DNA of 64,000 bases, taken from contig OZ116712.1 in assembly GCA_964199315.1 (NCBI GenBank), forward strand, positions 3,534,001 through 3,598,000, read 5' to 3'. Source of the DNA: Orbicella franksi. Lineage: Eukaryota. Of the stretch, positions 37,508 through 51,337 are shown in pieces; position 1 is the first letter of the stretch; every line of letters begins with the position of its first letter. The notes beneath the pieces were generated by a model. It was not told the origin of the DNA, searched no databases, and saw nothing but the letters and a program-made list of their open reading frames with translations. The translations under genes and the position numbers were made by a program.

Positions 37508-38545
37508 GGCTTTCTTACTCGTAGGGTAAAAGAAAGAGAGGCTGTGTCAAATTCACCTGGTGGAGGACTGCAGAGGCAGAACCTCAGGGTCTAAACCTTA
37601 ACTTGGATCAAAGGACAGACAAGACTGAAGAAACTGGGTGATGCCCTATCTTCCTCTTTGCGAAAGGAGTGATGATGATGGCGAACTTTCTCCCATGATA
37701 TGAATTTGGGTTAGTTTAGCAGAAGAAAACTATCCCCAAACTTCTTGTTAACCGTTTTCAAACTAATAGTGGTATGTACCGCTCATAGGCAAGGTTTATA
37801 TTGAATTTATCTTCTTTTCTGTGATTACATATTTGCCTATAAAAAGATGAAAACAATAACGCTAAAATTAATTTTAAAAAGCATCTGTCATTTTAGCTCA
37901 GTATTGTGTTGAATTTCAATTCAATAAGGTCGAAATATGAACCTTGAATAATTGAACAATTAACTCTAGTCAGTAATCAAAGTAAGAATGTAAAGGAAAA
38001 TTTGTCATTTATGTATGTACTTATAATCAAGATGTTTGCGGAAAGAGAGATTGTAAATATCCATATGTCTGCTGTTCAGACTTTCATATAGTTTAAAATT
38101 GAAAGGCTACGTACTACTTTAATTATGCCAAAAAAAAAGATAACTCGTCTTGATTTTTAAAATTGTCGTCGACAGATCCACATTAAAGTTTTCAATTTGT
38201 ATTTATACGAACCAAGTCAGTTGTAATATTCAGTTCCATTATCAAAAACTCATTACTTCATTGGATTATTGGAGACGAACCTTAACATTGCAACTCTGAT
38301 GAAGGTGGGCAGAAGCCACCGAAAATTCGGTATAGAAAACACAGATCGGATAACAAAAAACTTTAAGGAATTAGGGACTTATACTACATTCATACAGCAG
38401 CTTTGTACATGTAAATTAAGTGTGTAGTTTACCTGATAAATTTATTATACATGCTTTCTTACATTTTGAATGCTTCTCTACGAAATATATGTACTGATTT
38501 GTGACTTACGACTTTGAATATTAAATACATATTCGCATAAAAGAT

Positions 38546-39487
38546 CTAGTTGTCTTTGCAGAGTATTATTTTAACTAATCTTTTAATTTCATTTCGGATA
38601 TCGTTCATTCTCCACAAGTAAAGAAATGGATTAAGTGAAGAAGACAAAAATACAATCATTAAAGATAGATCACGTAATGACGACGTCAGAGACTTGTACT
38701 CACTCCCCAAAGCTACCGACACCGCAAAGATTATAAAAATGGGGGAGTAACTAACATAAAAAATCGCTAAGATATATAGGACCGTGTGCACAGATTTTCT
38801 ATACTTAGCAACGTTGATCGTTGGTTGAGCAGAGGGTCGAGATAAACAGTTGAGTTGAATCTGCTGCTGATGATTTCGGATTATTCGAAAAACTTTAACG
38901 TAAGCTGTCGAGGTAACAATAACGCAAGCCAATAGGAATGACATGGAAGCGATCTCTGTTCCAGGTTCGTTATTGAAAACGGACAGTACGCGACATATTG
39001 GAGACGGTAGTATGATGAGATAAAGTACTGCCAGTGTAGAATAGACGCGAGGCACTGTAAGCAGAGAACGTCGGGTCATATGCAGTCAACGTTCGATGGA
39101 CATTAATGTAATGATGGAAGTCGTCATGGGAATAAAGTACGTTACAGACCCATCGGCGATTGCTACTACTGTTGGGTTAACAAGCGAACCTGATAGGTTC
39201 TTTAACTCCACTGCAGCGTAAAATGGCTGAGATATGAGTTCTGTGCTGAAGTCAGTAAAAGCCAAGCCTGCGAGCAGAATGTAAGATGGTGTTCTGAGAG
39301 ACGGATTCCTCCAAATTGCCGCCAAAACCAGAGCATTTCCGACCACTGCTACTGGTGATAAAATAGCCATAGCAATGGAAGCTGACCAACTTATCACGAT
39401 GTAAGAAGAAAAACTGTGGATTTTCTCGTCATTTTCGAAGTTGGATCTGTTAGAGTAGCAGGCACAGGCCGTTGTGTTATTGCACAT
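38546..39487 (-). pseudogene. GPCR-e pseudogene
   Basis: In-frame TGG>TGA at 39086-39088 in the ERW motif (SIER*LHM). The two flanking ORFs share a frame. Confidence 0.88.
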
Positions 39488-40064
39488 GGCTGCCTTTTTG
39501 CTAGGATAAAAGGAAGAGAGGCCGTCCCAAATCCACCAGGAGGAGGACTGCAGAGGATTAACCTCAGGGTCTAAATCTTAACTGGGAGCAAGCTGCGGGG
39601 CTTGTAAAGGACTGACAGGAATGGAGAAAGTTTGATAATGCCCTATGCGCTACTTGGCGTTTAAAGAACTGATGATGATAATGATGATAGTGAACTCTCT
39701 CCTATGATATGACTTTCGGCTGCCTTACCAGAGGAAAACTATCTCAGACTTCTTGCTAAACGTCTGCAAACGAATAGTTGAATGTACCGTTCATGGGCAA
39801 GGTTCATATTAAATTTCTTTTTCTTTTGTGATTACATATTTGCCTATAAAAGAATGAAAACAATATCCCTGAAATTAATTTCTACAAATGCATTTTGAAA
39901 GCTTCCGTAGTTGGAGACCTGTATTATGTTGGATTTCAATTAAGTCCAAATATGAACCTTTAATAATTGAATTGAACAATTAACATCGGTCAGTAAACAA
40001 CGCAAAAATAGAAATGAAAATTTGTCATTTGTGCATGTACTTAATATATATATTTCACCAAGCC

Positions 40065-40676
40065 TAAAAGCGGAGCTCGTGGGCCGGGTTGTTCAAAGCC
40101 CGATCAAGCTAACCCAGGATAAGCGAGAATTTTGATCTGAATTTTGTAACTTTGCGTTAAGATTTTTTGTATATTGTTTAGCTCTCTATTTTGAGTTAAA
40201 ATAATCTCAAACTACACAAAACAAAAACAGTGAAAAACATTTTTGTACAACAAGTTCACCTGACATAAGCTGCTATCCAACCGAAAACTAGCACTTGGTC
40301 AGCGGTCAACTTTAAAAAAGCACGAGGCCTCGATGAGCTATAAACTCGAGCCTGCGATATGGTCACCTGAAACTGGTCAGCGGATACCTTGTTTTGACAG
40401 GTGTAAATTGACCATAACAGGGATGTCCAATGTCAAAAAAAGGACGCTATAAACCAAGGCTGCATGTCTCTGTCAAGCTATTAGCTGGAGTATGGCCGTC
40501 ATCTTGGGCAACTCCGCCGCCGCCGCCATCGTCGTCATCGTTGTGCGTACACTCCCACGAGCAATACCGCTAGCCATGATAACCATGCATGAAAAAATCA
40601 ATTTATGGGTTTCCTTTTTTTCCTATATGGGTGTGGTGCTCCCCTTGGCGGTACGGGCCGCCCGAGCTCCGCTATA
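40065..40676. mobile_element. Composite non-autonomous TIR element (~610 bp); duplicate at 54763-55373
   Basis: Ends agcggagctcg ... cgagctccgct(ata). The interior includes a ggttgttcaaagcccgatcaagctaacc repeat half. Confidence 0.6.
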
Positions 40677-43600
40677 ATCAAGTTTAGACACTGAAGTTAA
40701 CTACAATTTTTTTTTAAAGCCTCAGGTATGGCTTTGAATACAAACTGCAATTTGCTATAATCAACAACAACGGGTTGCCGTTTGTTAAGTTATAACATTA
40801 TTCTTTTGGAATTCGCGTTATCTTCCAATAAAATCCATTTAAAACTAAGTGGGCTCATTAGATTGTGTTTAAACCTCGAGAGGTTTAATACATAACATAT
40901 GCGAACTAGTAGTAGACAAGAAATAACTTTGAGATAAAAACACACAATTTTAAATTTGCATAACATGTTTCCAATGACCCGGCAACAGCCGTCTTCAGTG
41001 CAATCCCGTGTAATTTTAAAAATACAAAACAGGCATTATTTTTTCCTCTATTCAGTAGATAAGGTGTTAACCGAAGTTCAAGAATTCTTGCTGGATTTTT
41101 AGGGCCTAATTTCATCATATTCCGGATAGAACCGAACCATAACTTACTTAGTAAGTAGTATTGGCCGATAAAATAAAATATGTTGCTTTTGTGATACTAA
41201 GAGATCTCTCAGGGGATCAAAAAAAGTGGGAATTAAATGATTTGCTAAGGGAAAAGAATTTAGAAGACTTGAAATCAGATTTTTTTTATAACAATCATTT
41301 GTTCCAACACGGTCACGTTGAGCTAAGTCATGGCATTTGACTTACTTTGGCCATGTACATAATTACCTTTAAACCAAAGGAAACCTGAAAGTAGGAGTTA
41401 ACTAAGATAGAAAAACACCGGAGAGATAATAACAAACTATAAGAGAACAAGGATAGTTGGGGATGGAGACGATAAGTAGACAACAGGGATTACAAACGAG
41501 GAACTTGAAAAATTTAGGCTAAACTTTTCAAGACGTGAAGCCGTGACGTAGCTCCTTTGACACTTAATCGTGCGTCACATTTCATTCCGTTATGAAGACA
41601 TTGCGTACAAATCTGATTTTTGATAATCAGAATAAAAGTTGCGCAACAAGACTTCATAGTGAGTTGAAAAGCGTTGTTATGAATATTGCCACCCATGTTA
41701 CAGTCTGTGACGACATGCTGCGCGAAGTGGACGTGAGTTCTGAACCTTGTGCAACATTTTGGTAACATGAGTGGTAATACCCGCGATAACGCTTTCAAGT
41801 AACATATCAAACACGGGAGACATTGTTTCATCGGGATATCCAAACACCGAGAAGATAGTTGAAAATGCGACGCGCAGCGGAGTATTTTTGACGAATATCG
41901 GGGTGTTTAGATAGCCAATGAAACACTGTCTCGAGTGTTTGATATGTCTTCTAAATCGAAACAAATACCAAGGAGTAAACGAACAAGTAAAATCGTCGAA
42001 ATCGATGCTAATTAAGGCAGGGTGTCCAATCTCCTTCACGATTGCAATTTTCTTTGTTTTAGCTTGACGCATTTATGAGTTTGAGAACTTGCAATGCAAC
42101 ATTGTTGCGCAACTATTTGTAAAAAAAAAATGTTCTCATACGTACTTTGCCTTAAATTTGCAAGATTTTTTTCCTTGTGAAAATGTTTAATTTTCGCATG
42201 GAGTCTGATGTTTCGTGTTTTTTTTTTTGGGCCATGTGGGGGCTGAAACGTTCTTAAGATATTCTTAGTCATCATTTCTGGCATTTCACTGCATGAGTCA
42301 ATGGCTACGTGACCAGCGCATACAACTTAATAAGATGTCCTATAATGATCCATGCAATAAGACGAGCTCGCTGTCTATGGTCATTTATCATTCATCATTC
42401 ATCATTCATCATTTATCATCAAGTACAACGCTAAAAGCATTTCGATATTAGACTTTATAGACTTAAGTCTTATATTTCTCCAGAACTCATACAGCTATCT
42501 TTTTTTCTTCAAAATGTTGTCAAAAAATTTTCTTTAGTAATTCTCGGCACGATGTGTGTTTTACATTTGATGTTAAAACTAGCGTTGATCACACCTTAAC
42601 GTTCCAGGCTCTTTCAAGAAAGAGTGTGTTCTAGTGCAGTAAAACTGATCCAGGACATTAGCTGCATAGGACGTTTTAATCATATTAAAAGTCATCATTG
42701 CATCTAAAACACATGCAAGCATTCTAGCAGGTTGTGAGCAGACGTTTCTGGGCAAGACAGAAATGCGATCTGGGGACACAGAAAGATCTAAGTGGGCAAC
42801 AAGAGAAAGAAAGGTAGACAGGTGGGATATATATTACAAAGAGACCTGCAAAGACACAAATCGGTAAATTAAAAGGCGACAGGTTCCATTTAACCAAAAT
42901 ATTTATTACTTTAAATAGCTAAGTACGATCTATTTTCAGTGGAGTCCTTAGTTACCAAGTAAACAAACGGAAGTTTACAGTGTTACCTCATTGTCTATTA
43001 GACAGACTTGGTATGGGTATTGGTATAACAATGGCAAGCGTAGTTTATTATTTGCACTACGAGCGATATTGGAAAATTCTCTCAAAATTGCATAAGCCTT
43101 ATTTAAGGACAGTGAAATTTGAAAAATTTTAATAATTACGAGTAACGCAACTATGACTCATATACGATTACTTATTTATTATGACTGGGAAAATTATGAA
43201 CACCCGCACGTTAATTTGCATTGCAGTCAGGTCTTTTCGCAAATATCACGTAAGCTCGCCTAAATATCTTTCTGGGAATTCTAAAACAATCTTCTAAATA
43301 TCACTAAACAAGTTTCTAAATATCTCGAAAAACCCTCTAAATATGTATTATTTTTTTCATGAAAAGCACCGATTTCGAATCGCTTTGGCCAAAATTTGCA
43401 GAATTTTCTTGCACTAGTAGGACTTGGGGAAGAAGTTTCATGCACTCAGACGTTTCCAGCGTCCCCCATTTAGGAAAATTGCCACCTTAGCACTTTCAAT
43501 GGTATGAATTACATTTTTCGAGTTGGAAATCGCTGAGCTGAATTGTTTCTGGCATAGAGCTGAGTATTGTTTCAAGAATACAGCGAATATCCGGATATTT

Positions 43601-45380
43601 TGGAATGGCTTAATTACGGTGCAAATTAAAAATTAACGACAATTTGCCTACTTTCAGCCAGTCCCAATGAAGTAATTTTTTCAGTCATATAATACTAACG
43701 ATTGATTGTGGCGAAAATCTTAGGCCTTTTCTCCCCTCGCTTTCGTCTCCCCATTGGCTTGAAGAGACACCGAAGAACTATACGTTATCGCCCAAGAACC
43801 AATACACCATTAGCTCGTGTAGAAGAGAGATCCTCATTGGCCCGCTTTAGTTTAAAATTCAACTGAAAAACTGGAAAAGCAGCAAACAATGTGAAATGCG
43901 AATAGGTCAGATATAGTTATCAAATTATATTACATATCTTAACTGACCACTCCCCCAATGGGGCTTTTCAGGGCCAATGAAAAACAAATAATGAAACGAA
44001 TGGTCAACGGGTGGTCTCTTAAAAGCACTTAAGAGGAAACGTAAAGAAAATTCCACTCACTTTTGACATCACGAAGATAAAAGAGAGGCTTACAAAAATG
44101 TTACAATGTGGGTTGTGTTTCGCTCTCTTTCTACTATCTTCTGCAAGCGCAAAACAGAACGATCATCAGGTTTTTAATAATTTTTTCCTCAAATGAATAG
44201 ATGTACCTTGGTCTGTTAGGAATCCCTTCTTTTCCTTTTAAGAGAAATAGGAAAGAGAAAGCCTCTGCGACCAGGTGCCCGTTTCTCAAATGCCGTAAAG
44301 TTTTCGCACCCGGAAAGCCATAGCAAAATCTTAAATCTTATGATTACATTGCCATTTTATTGACAAATTCTTCATATGAATAGAGGTTCCCTTCATACAA
44401 GAAGTTTCGGGCGCATAAACCTCTCTGTTTTTAGGGTTAGGCTTTGCGGACCAAAAAAGTTTCCGGGGGTTTCGGGAAACGGGACCCAGGTTAAATTTAT
44501 TGAAGAGTCTGGTTCTTGAGAAGCGTCTAAGCGGCTTATTAAGATATTCTGCACGTTTTAAAAGTTGTGTCCCCACTTTTAAAAGCACCGGAAGAAACAG
44601 GAAGATTTGGACGTATTTAAACTCGCTAAAAATAACGCGCTAAAACATAAGCAAACGTAAGGTCAGGATAAGTCATAATTCTGCTTATTTCCGGAAATCA
44701 TCGCTGCGAAATTTTATCAAGAGTGGCTTTGTACAGCACTTTACATAGCCATTACACGATCTGTCTTTTGCCTTGACAGCCTAAAGACATTATTTCAGGC
44801 TAATTATATGACTGAGCAGGCTGTCACAAAACAAAATCCCTGGGGTATGAAGGGCAAATATCCCGATCAAGGGGGTCCAGTATAAGTTAAGCAAAATTGA
44901 GAATGAACTTACCCGCAGTACTTTATTTGTTTTGAATATTGTTTCTTTCGCCACGATAAATCATAATTGTCCACAATTGTGGAACAATCGGTGGAAACCA
45001 TTTTTAAGTGTGGCTTTTTGAAGCGGTTTGCATAGCCATTTTACGATTTGTGTTTTGGCCGTGACGGCTTCAAGACATCATTTCAGGCTAATTAAATGAC
45101 TTAACAGTGATGCCATCCCATGTCATCCCTCCTCAGAATTCGTCTGCCATCTTCAGTGATTGCAAACTCTCATCAGACTCCCACAGCCGTGCGCTAACCC
45201 CTGGAGGAGTGAGTGATGCATTTGCACACCTACACACTCGTAGATGCGTCGCATCCACGGGTAAAAAAAGTAACTTATATACTAATCTGCAGAAAAGTAA
45301 GCCATGAATAACACTCATTTCTTGCAAAAAGTAAATAAATCTTTACTTAGATTTCTACTTGTAAGTTGAGTCTTATTCAT

Positions 45381-46337
45381 CTAGTTATCTTTACTGAATA
45401 TCCTTTTGACCAACTTTCTCACCTCTTGTCGAATATCTGTCATTCTCCACAAATAAAGAAGAGGATTAAGGGAAGAAGATAAAAATACAAGGAAAGTTGA
45501 CACGTAAAAAGACAATAGCACCACGCTACAATTTGTATGAAAAACCAACCCTAACCCTTGAGTGATAGCCATCGGCAAGTATCCTGTATAAAATATAACT
45601 ACAATATAAAGGATCGAGAACACGGATTTCTTATATTTCGCTAAGTTAATCGCTGGTTGGGCAAAGTTTGGAGACGATCCGTTGACGCAAATTTGCTGCT
45701 GATGGCGACGAATTATATGGAAAACCTTAAAGTATGCCACTGTAGTGACAAAAAGGCAAAGAAGGACAAATAAAATATTAGTAAATAGATAAGCAAAGTC
45801 ATAGATCTCTTGAAGGCGGTAAACAACAAACGGGATTGGACTAAAAAATAATACTACGATAATTCGATGGAGGCGACGCACTGTTAGCAATGATCGCTGA
45901 CTCATATGCAGCCATCGTTCAATGGACATAAGCGTCATAATCAACAGTGTTAGGTTAAAAAAGTATTCGAAACAACTGCCGGCGATAATTCTCATTGTAA
46001 AGTAAACCGATGGCCTCATGTTTCTACCAGATAGCTGGATAAGAGAGTGTACCAATTCATTTACAACTAGAAACGGCTCGGAAATGGTCCCGGTGCAAAA
46101 GTCAGTCAACGCCAAGCCAGCGAGCAGAATGTAAGACGGTGTTCTGAGTGACGGGTTCTTCCAAATTGCCGCCAAAACCAGACCATTCCCGACTACTGCC
46201 ACTGGTGATAAAATGGCCATTGCCACCAAAATTGGAATAGTCACTCTATAGAAATCAAAGCTGTGTGTACCACAGTAAAGTGTAGATGTGTTTAAGGCAG
46301 GCTGACGAAGAAAAAAAGTTGTGTTGTTGGTCGACAT
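45381..46337 (-). CDS. GPCR-b-prime: intact class A GPCR (318 aa)
   Basis: Full 7TM ORF; 5 amino-acid differences from GPCR-b. Confidence 0.93.
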   Translation of the reverse strand: MSTNNTTFFLRQPALNTSTLYCGTHSFDFYRVTIPILVAMAILSPVAVVGNGLVLAAIWKNPSLRTPSYILLAGLALTDFCTGTISEPFLVVNELVHSLIQLSGRNMRPSVYFTMRIIAGSCFEYFFNLTLLIMTLMSIERWLHMSQRSLLTVRRLHRIIVVLFFSPIPFVVYRLQEIYDFAYLFTNILFVLLCLFVTTVAYFKVFHIIRRHQQQICVNGSSPNFAQPAINLAKYKKSVFSILYIVVIFYTGYLPMAITQGLGLVFHTNCSVVLLSFYVSTFLVFLSSSLNPLLYLWRMTDIRQEVRKLVKRIFSKDN

Positions 46338-48279
46338 GAGCACTCTTTTCAGTGATGCGAATGGAGTTTATACTAGTTTCTTCTTATCAAAGAGGTTAAT
46401 ATTTTGGAAGAATACTCCTGTAAACCTTTACCCATTTGTGGCGTGGGTGCGGCGATAGCAAGAACTGATTTCCCGACCTTACTGTCAAACAGTTGTAAAT
46501 AAAATCTACGCCTTTCGTGTGGAGATTAAATGGCTCTTCTTAGAGGGGCGAAAATCAATTTTATAGAAATTACCATTCAATCGAAAATCAATCAATCAAT
46601 CAAACAAGCAGAACGCACTATGTTTTCATTGGCAACGTACCTCACCTGGCAACCTCGTGTGAGATTAGACAACATATGGTCTTTCTTATTTTCATCAGGT
46701 AAACATGATCAGATGTAACTGTAAATATTGTGCGGTCAGGAGTGCAATAAAGTTCGTATATGCCTCACTCATATTTTGAAACAATGTTTATTACTTGATA
46801 AGCAATTTTAATAATGCATTCGGAAATTGTGTGAATGAAAAGCAGACAACATTCTGTATAATAGAAAGTCTATCATTCATTTTTTAGTGATCTGTTCACT
46901 TATCGGTGGGTTCAAAGTTAATTTCGTTTTCTATTAATTAGAACTACCTCCAGCAAAGATCAATCCTGGAGATCTCTGGCTTTCCGTCTTTTGCTAAAAA
47001 GGTCGCATTTTTGGGGGTTCTCACGCGAGTCAGTAGAAACGTCAGTATCTAGCCATGTAACAAACAATTGAATAAAAGCAAAATACATGTCGAGATCTCT
47101 TGAATAAAGGGTAATATTGAATAAATCCGAGAAATAATGATTGAAAGAAGCTTATTTCATGATTTTTTTTGATGTATTCTAATTTTAAGCAAACTATAAG
47201 AGAATTAAATGAGAGTGTTCTGCCATGTGGATGAACCAATATAAACCGGGAGAGCGAACGATTCAATAGTCTGAGTGACATTCGTGCAATCACTCCATAA
47301 TTAATGTATTGGCAACTAAAATTTTAATTAATTTTCAGCCACCTTGTAAGGAGTATACAGCTGTATATTTTGCTGAGGAACAATAACCATGTTTTGAACT
47401 AAACTTGGCAAACGAATTAACAAAGGAGAAAAGCTCGTGATTCATTTATACTTGGGGTTAATATCTCGGTTAATATTTCTATTTTTATTGTCAGTCTTAT
47501 TGAAGGCATTGCGATTAAATTTGCTGCGGAACTTTAGAGATTTGAGACCAAACCTTGTAGTCCTTATTTACGTTATCTTTCTTCTCCATTGATATACAAT
47601 GCACTGAGTTCTAATGAAAATTAAACTCTTTGAATTGACTTCCATAACTGAGTTCGACATTTGTAATAAAGTGTGGAAAAATAAATTACACTGTGTTCCC
47701 CAGGACGTCTTCATAAACGGGTTTTGACTGTACAAAAACTCTTAACAACGCCGCCAATTTAGGACTGCAGTTATAAAAAAACAAAAACTTGTAAACGTAA
47801 AATTTATAGCCTAGAACGAGACGATAAACTTAGAATAAGACACTTTAAACACACTCCTTATATTGCGCCAAAAGTTATCATTTGGATCAATGCCATCTAC
47901 TTTTACATAACTATATTCACGTTAAGATTTCAAATTTTCATTTTATGAACAGAAAACATAATTCAAGACTGAAGGAAAAACCTCTCTATATACATTCTAA
48001 GCGTTGAGACGTGTTCTCCAACGCAAGAGCGACGTTTTACAATATATTTTACGTTCTACTATTTATTTGTATCCCAATTCTATTTTCATTAACTGCAAAT
48101 GTGTCAGCAAGATATTTTTCGCCTCTTTGAAACGTGTCATGTGTTTTCGAAATATAAATACAATCCAAATTTAAGCTGTTACTGGAAATCAGCTTCACAT
48201 ATTTTTATGCAATCTAGTTTTCTTTACGCAACATTCTCCTAACCACCTGTACAACTTCGCTTCGAATATCCTTCATTCT

Positions 48280-49158
48280 CTACAAATAAAGAAGAGGATT
48301 AAGTGAAGAAGATAAAAATATAAGTACAGCTATCATGTTAAACGATAGCTTAATGAAGCCGTCATTTCTTAGGTGAAATACTAACAAGCCAAGATGAATA
48401 AGAAAGGGAAAGTATGATACATAGAAAATAATTGTAATACACAGAATTGAAAAGACGGACTTTTTGTATTCTTCCAAGTTAATGGCTGGTGTGGCAAAAT
48501 TTAAGGATGATTCGTAGGAGTGAATTTGTTGCTGTTGACGACAAATAATACGGAAAACTTTAAAGTAAGCTGTTGAAGTGACAGTAAAACAAACCAGGAA
48601 AAGTGAAAAATTGGCAACATAGTTCTTATATGAAAAACTAAAACCGCTTGTAAGACGGTGCACAACTAAAGGGATAGGTACGAGCAACAGTACTGCCAGA
48701 ATCACTCGAGCGCGATGCACATTCACCAAAGATTGCGGAGCCATGTGTGGCCATCTTTCTGTGGACATGACTGTCACTGATAATATGCTAAGGTTACCAA
48801 AGTACTCAAAACAGAGAAAGCCAATTGCAAATGTCATCGAATAATCCTTGCTAGGTTCCAGCAAGGAGATTAATTCATTTGTAATATACAATGGCTGTGT
48901 TATTAGTCCAGTGCAAAAGTCAATGATGGCTAATCCAGCGAACAGAATATAAGAAGGTGTTCTGAAAGAAGAGTTCCGCCAAATTGCTGCCAAAACCAGA
49001 CCATTCCCCATCACTGCCACCGGTGATAGCAGGGCGACGGCGACTATAACGGACATAAATACCGCGAACATAGCGGAGCTGGGTCCTCTTGTATCAACGT
49101 TAGTGCCAGACATGTTCAACGAAAACTTGCAGAGAAGATAGGTCGTGTTGCTTGACAT
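48280..49158 (-). CDS. GPCR-c-prime: 7TM ORF (292 aa) truncated after NPLLYL, lacking helix 8; possible pseudogene
   Basis: gccATG start (MSSNTT). TAG replaces the conserved Trp; the ancestral tail RMKDIRSEVVQVVRRMLRKEN* is still readable to 48214. Confidence 0.65.
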   Translation of the reverse strand: MSSNTTYLLCKFSLNMSGTNVDTRGPSSAMFAVFMSVIVAVALLSPVAVMGNGLVLAAIWRNSSFRTPSYILFAGLAIIDFCTGLITQPLYITNELISLLEPSKDYSMTFAIGFLCFEYFGNLSILSVTVMSTERWPHMAPQSLVNVHRARVILAVLLLVPIPLVVHRLTSGFSFSYKNYVANFSLFLVCFTVTSTAYFKVFRIICRQQQQIHSYESSLNFATPAINLEEYKKSVFSILCITIIFYVSYFPFLIHLGLLVFHLRNDGFIKLSFNMIAVLIFLSSSLNPLLYL

Positions 49159-51337
49159 GGCTACTTTGTTTTCGCCGATAAGGACTGTGCTTTGCTTTTT
49201 AAAATCGAGCAAGTTGAGGTTTCTGAAGGAAGCCCAGTGTTGGGAAAACGGTGTGTAAAATATTGGAGGTGTACGATTCTAAACTTGTGTAGATACCAGT
49301 CTTCCCTTATCCTGATTTTCTCTCAGTATAAACGCACCTTGCCGATTGAATATTTGTTCCAACTATGAAAGAATTCACCCTTCAGTCGTTTATTTAAAGC
49401 CCTGTTTATAACTAAGCAAGTCTCACGCATATTGGGTTCCCTAGTTTATAATGTCAAAGAATAAACAAATGATTGAAGTATGGCATCGAGCAACTAGACT
49501 GACAAAGCTGAGAAATTTATAAATAACTTTAAGATAAAAACGCGTTGAAAAAACTAAAATTAAACATAATAAAACATTTTCTCCCACAAGGCTTATTCAT
49601 GCTTTGAAAGCCTTGTATTGCTACTTCATTAGGAATTCTGATACAATACGTACTTGAATTGACTAAGGAGATATACATCTTCCACTAGATGGAAATTTCT
49701 TCAAAAGATGATTTGCACAACAAAGTCAGGTTGGTTTTAATTTAAAGTCCCGTCGATATTGAAGATCTTTGGCCCCTGTATTTTTCACAAACTTTCGGTT
49801 TTAAGGATTCCTTTATGAAGAGTAGCTACTTAGAAAGTCGTGTTTCGAAGGTTGTTGTTCTATTGTGTAGGGTGGTGTTCTACTGGCTTTTAATTCGTAA
49901 CATTATTTCATGACGACTTGAGACAGAAATTCTTCGCAAAACAAAAAAAAAATCAAAAGGGGTTCTCAATATTTACAGTTTCTTTAAAAGAGCCTTCTTT
50001 ATAATAACTTGATCGAGTCAAAGCTTTGGCAGGTCGTTTACAAAAAGGAAATAATTTATGAAGAACATTACAATATATAAAAACTTCTCTTTCGTTATTT
50101 GGCAGTATGACATATATTTTATCAGTTCGCTTCAATGTGTACTCAAAAGGTATTTTCACTGCACATTTGGAATAGCCATTGAAAATTCCGGTAGAACATC
50201 ATTAGTGCAAACGTAATATGACAATGTGTAGTTCATTTCTTCAAAAGATTTCCTGTTAATATAAAACCGTCACTGTCAAAATGGACAAGGGAGCCAATAT
50301 AATTAAAGTTCAAGCAGTTTCTTCACTGACATGTTGCAGTGTCACAAAGCCAATTTAAGTGAGGAAAGCTAAGGTTTAAAGGACACGGAAAAAAGGCTTA
50401 GAAAAACGAAATCAGATACAAAATGCTAAAATGGAAAGGTAACTTTAACTCAAACATATAATACAGGAAATACAATTGAAAAAGGAATCTCTCAACAAGA
50501 ATCATCCCACAATAGGTTTGTTAGCTTGCGTTCTTTTCAATTTAGTTAAAGTTTTGCACCCACAGGCTCTGTAGTCACTCAAGATGACTGGGTTTGTTTA
50601 GGAATAAATGATTTAAATAAATGATTTCATTGAAAAGTCTCCTCCTTTCCCTTATTGTATTTTATTTCAATGAGGTGATCGTAAGTACACATATGCCCGC
50701 TGTTCAGACTTTCATATGGTTTGAAATGGAAATATAAAGTAAAATTATGAATTACTTTAATCATGCCCGCTTTGTTTCTTTTTTAACATTTTCTCCAACA
50801 TATCCACATTAATTTTTCAATTTGTATTTATACTAACTAAGTCAGTTGTAATATTCATTTCCAGTGTCAAAACCTCATTACTTCATTGGATTATTAGAGA
50901 TTAATCTTAACATTGCACCTCTGATGAAGGTCATTGGACAGAAGCAACCGAAAATTTGTTAAAGAAAAACAGATCGGATAGCAAAAAACCTTAACGAATT
51001 ATTAGGGACCTACACTACGTGTACATTCATACAGTAGCGCTGTACTTGTAATTTACGTGTGTAATTTACCTAATAGATTTATTATTCATGCTTTCTTAGA
51101 TTTCAAATGCTTCTCTAGGAAGTATGTACTCATTTGTGAGGTACAACTTTCAATATTAGATACATATTCAAGTAAAGGTTCTAGATGTCTTTGCTGAGTA
51201 TTATTTTAAACAATTTTGAGGTTAGATTTGTTAGATTTGTTATTCATGCTTTCTCGCATTTTAAATGCTACTCTAGGAAATATGTACTCATTTGTGAGTA
51301 CAATTTTTAATATGAAATACATGTTCACATAAAGGAT

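Larger units (their letters stand above)
29431..43586. repeat. Segmental duplication unit 1 (~14.2 kb; GPCR b, c, d, e)
   Basis: Colinear, near-identical match to 44171-58728, at an offset of 14740 at the left end. Confidence 0.95.

Noticed and set aside
37795-37800. TATA box for GPCR-d on the minus strand
   Set aside because: Not conserved in the d-prime, e or e-prime flanks.
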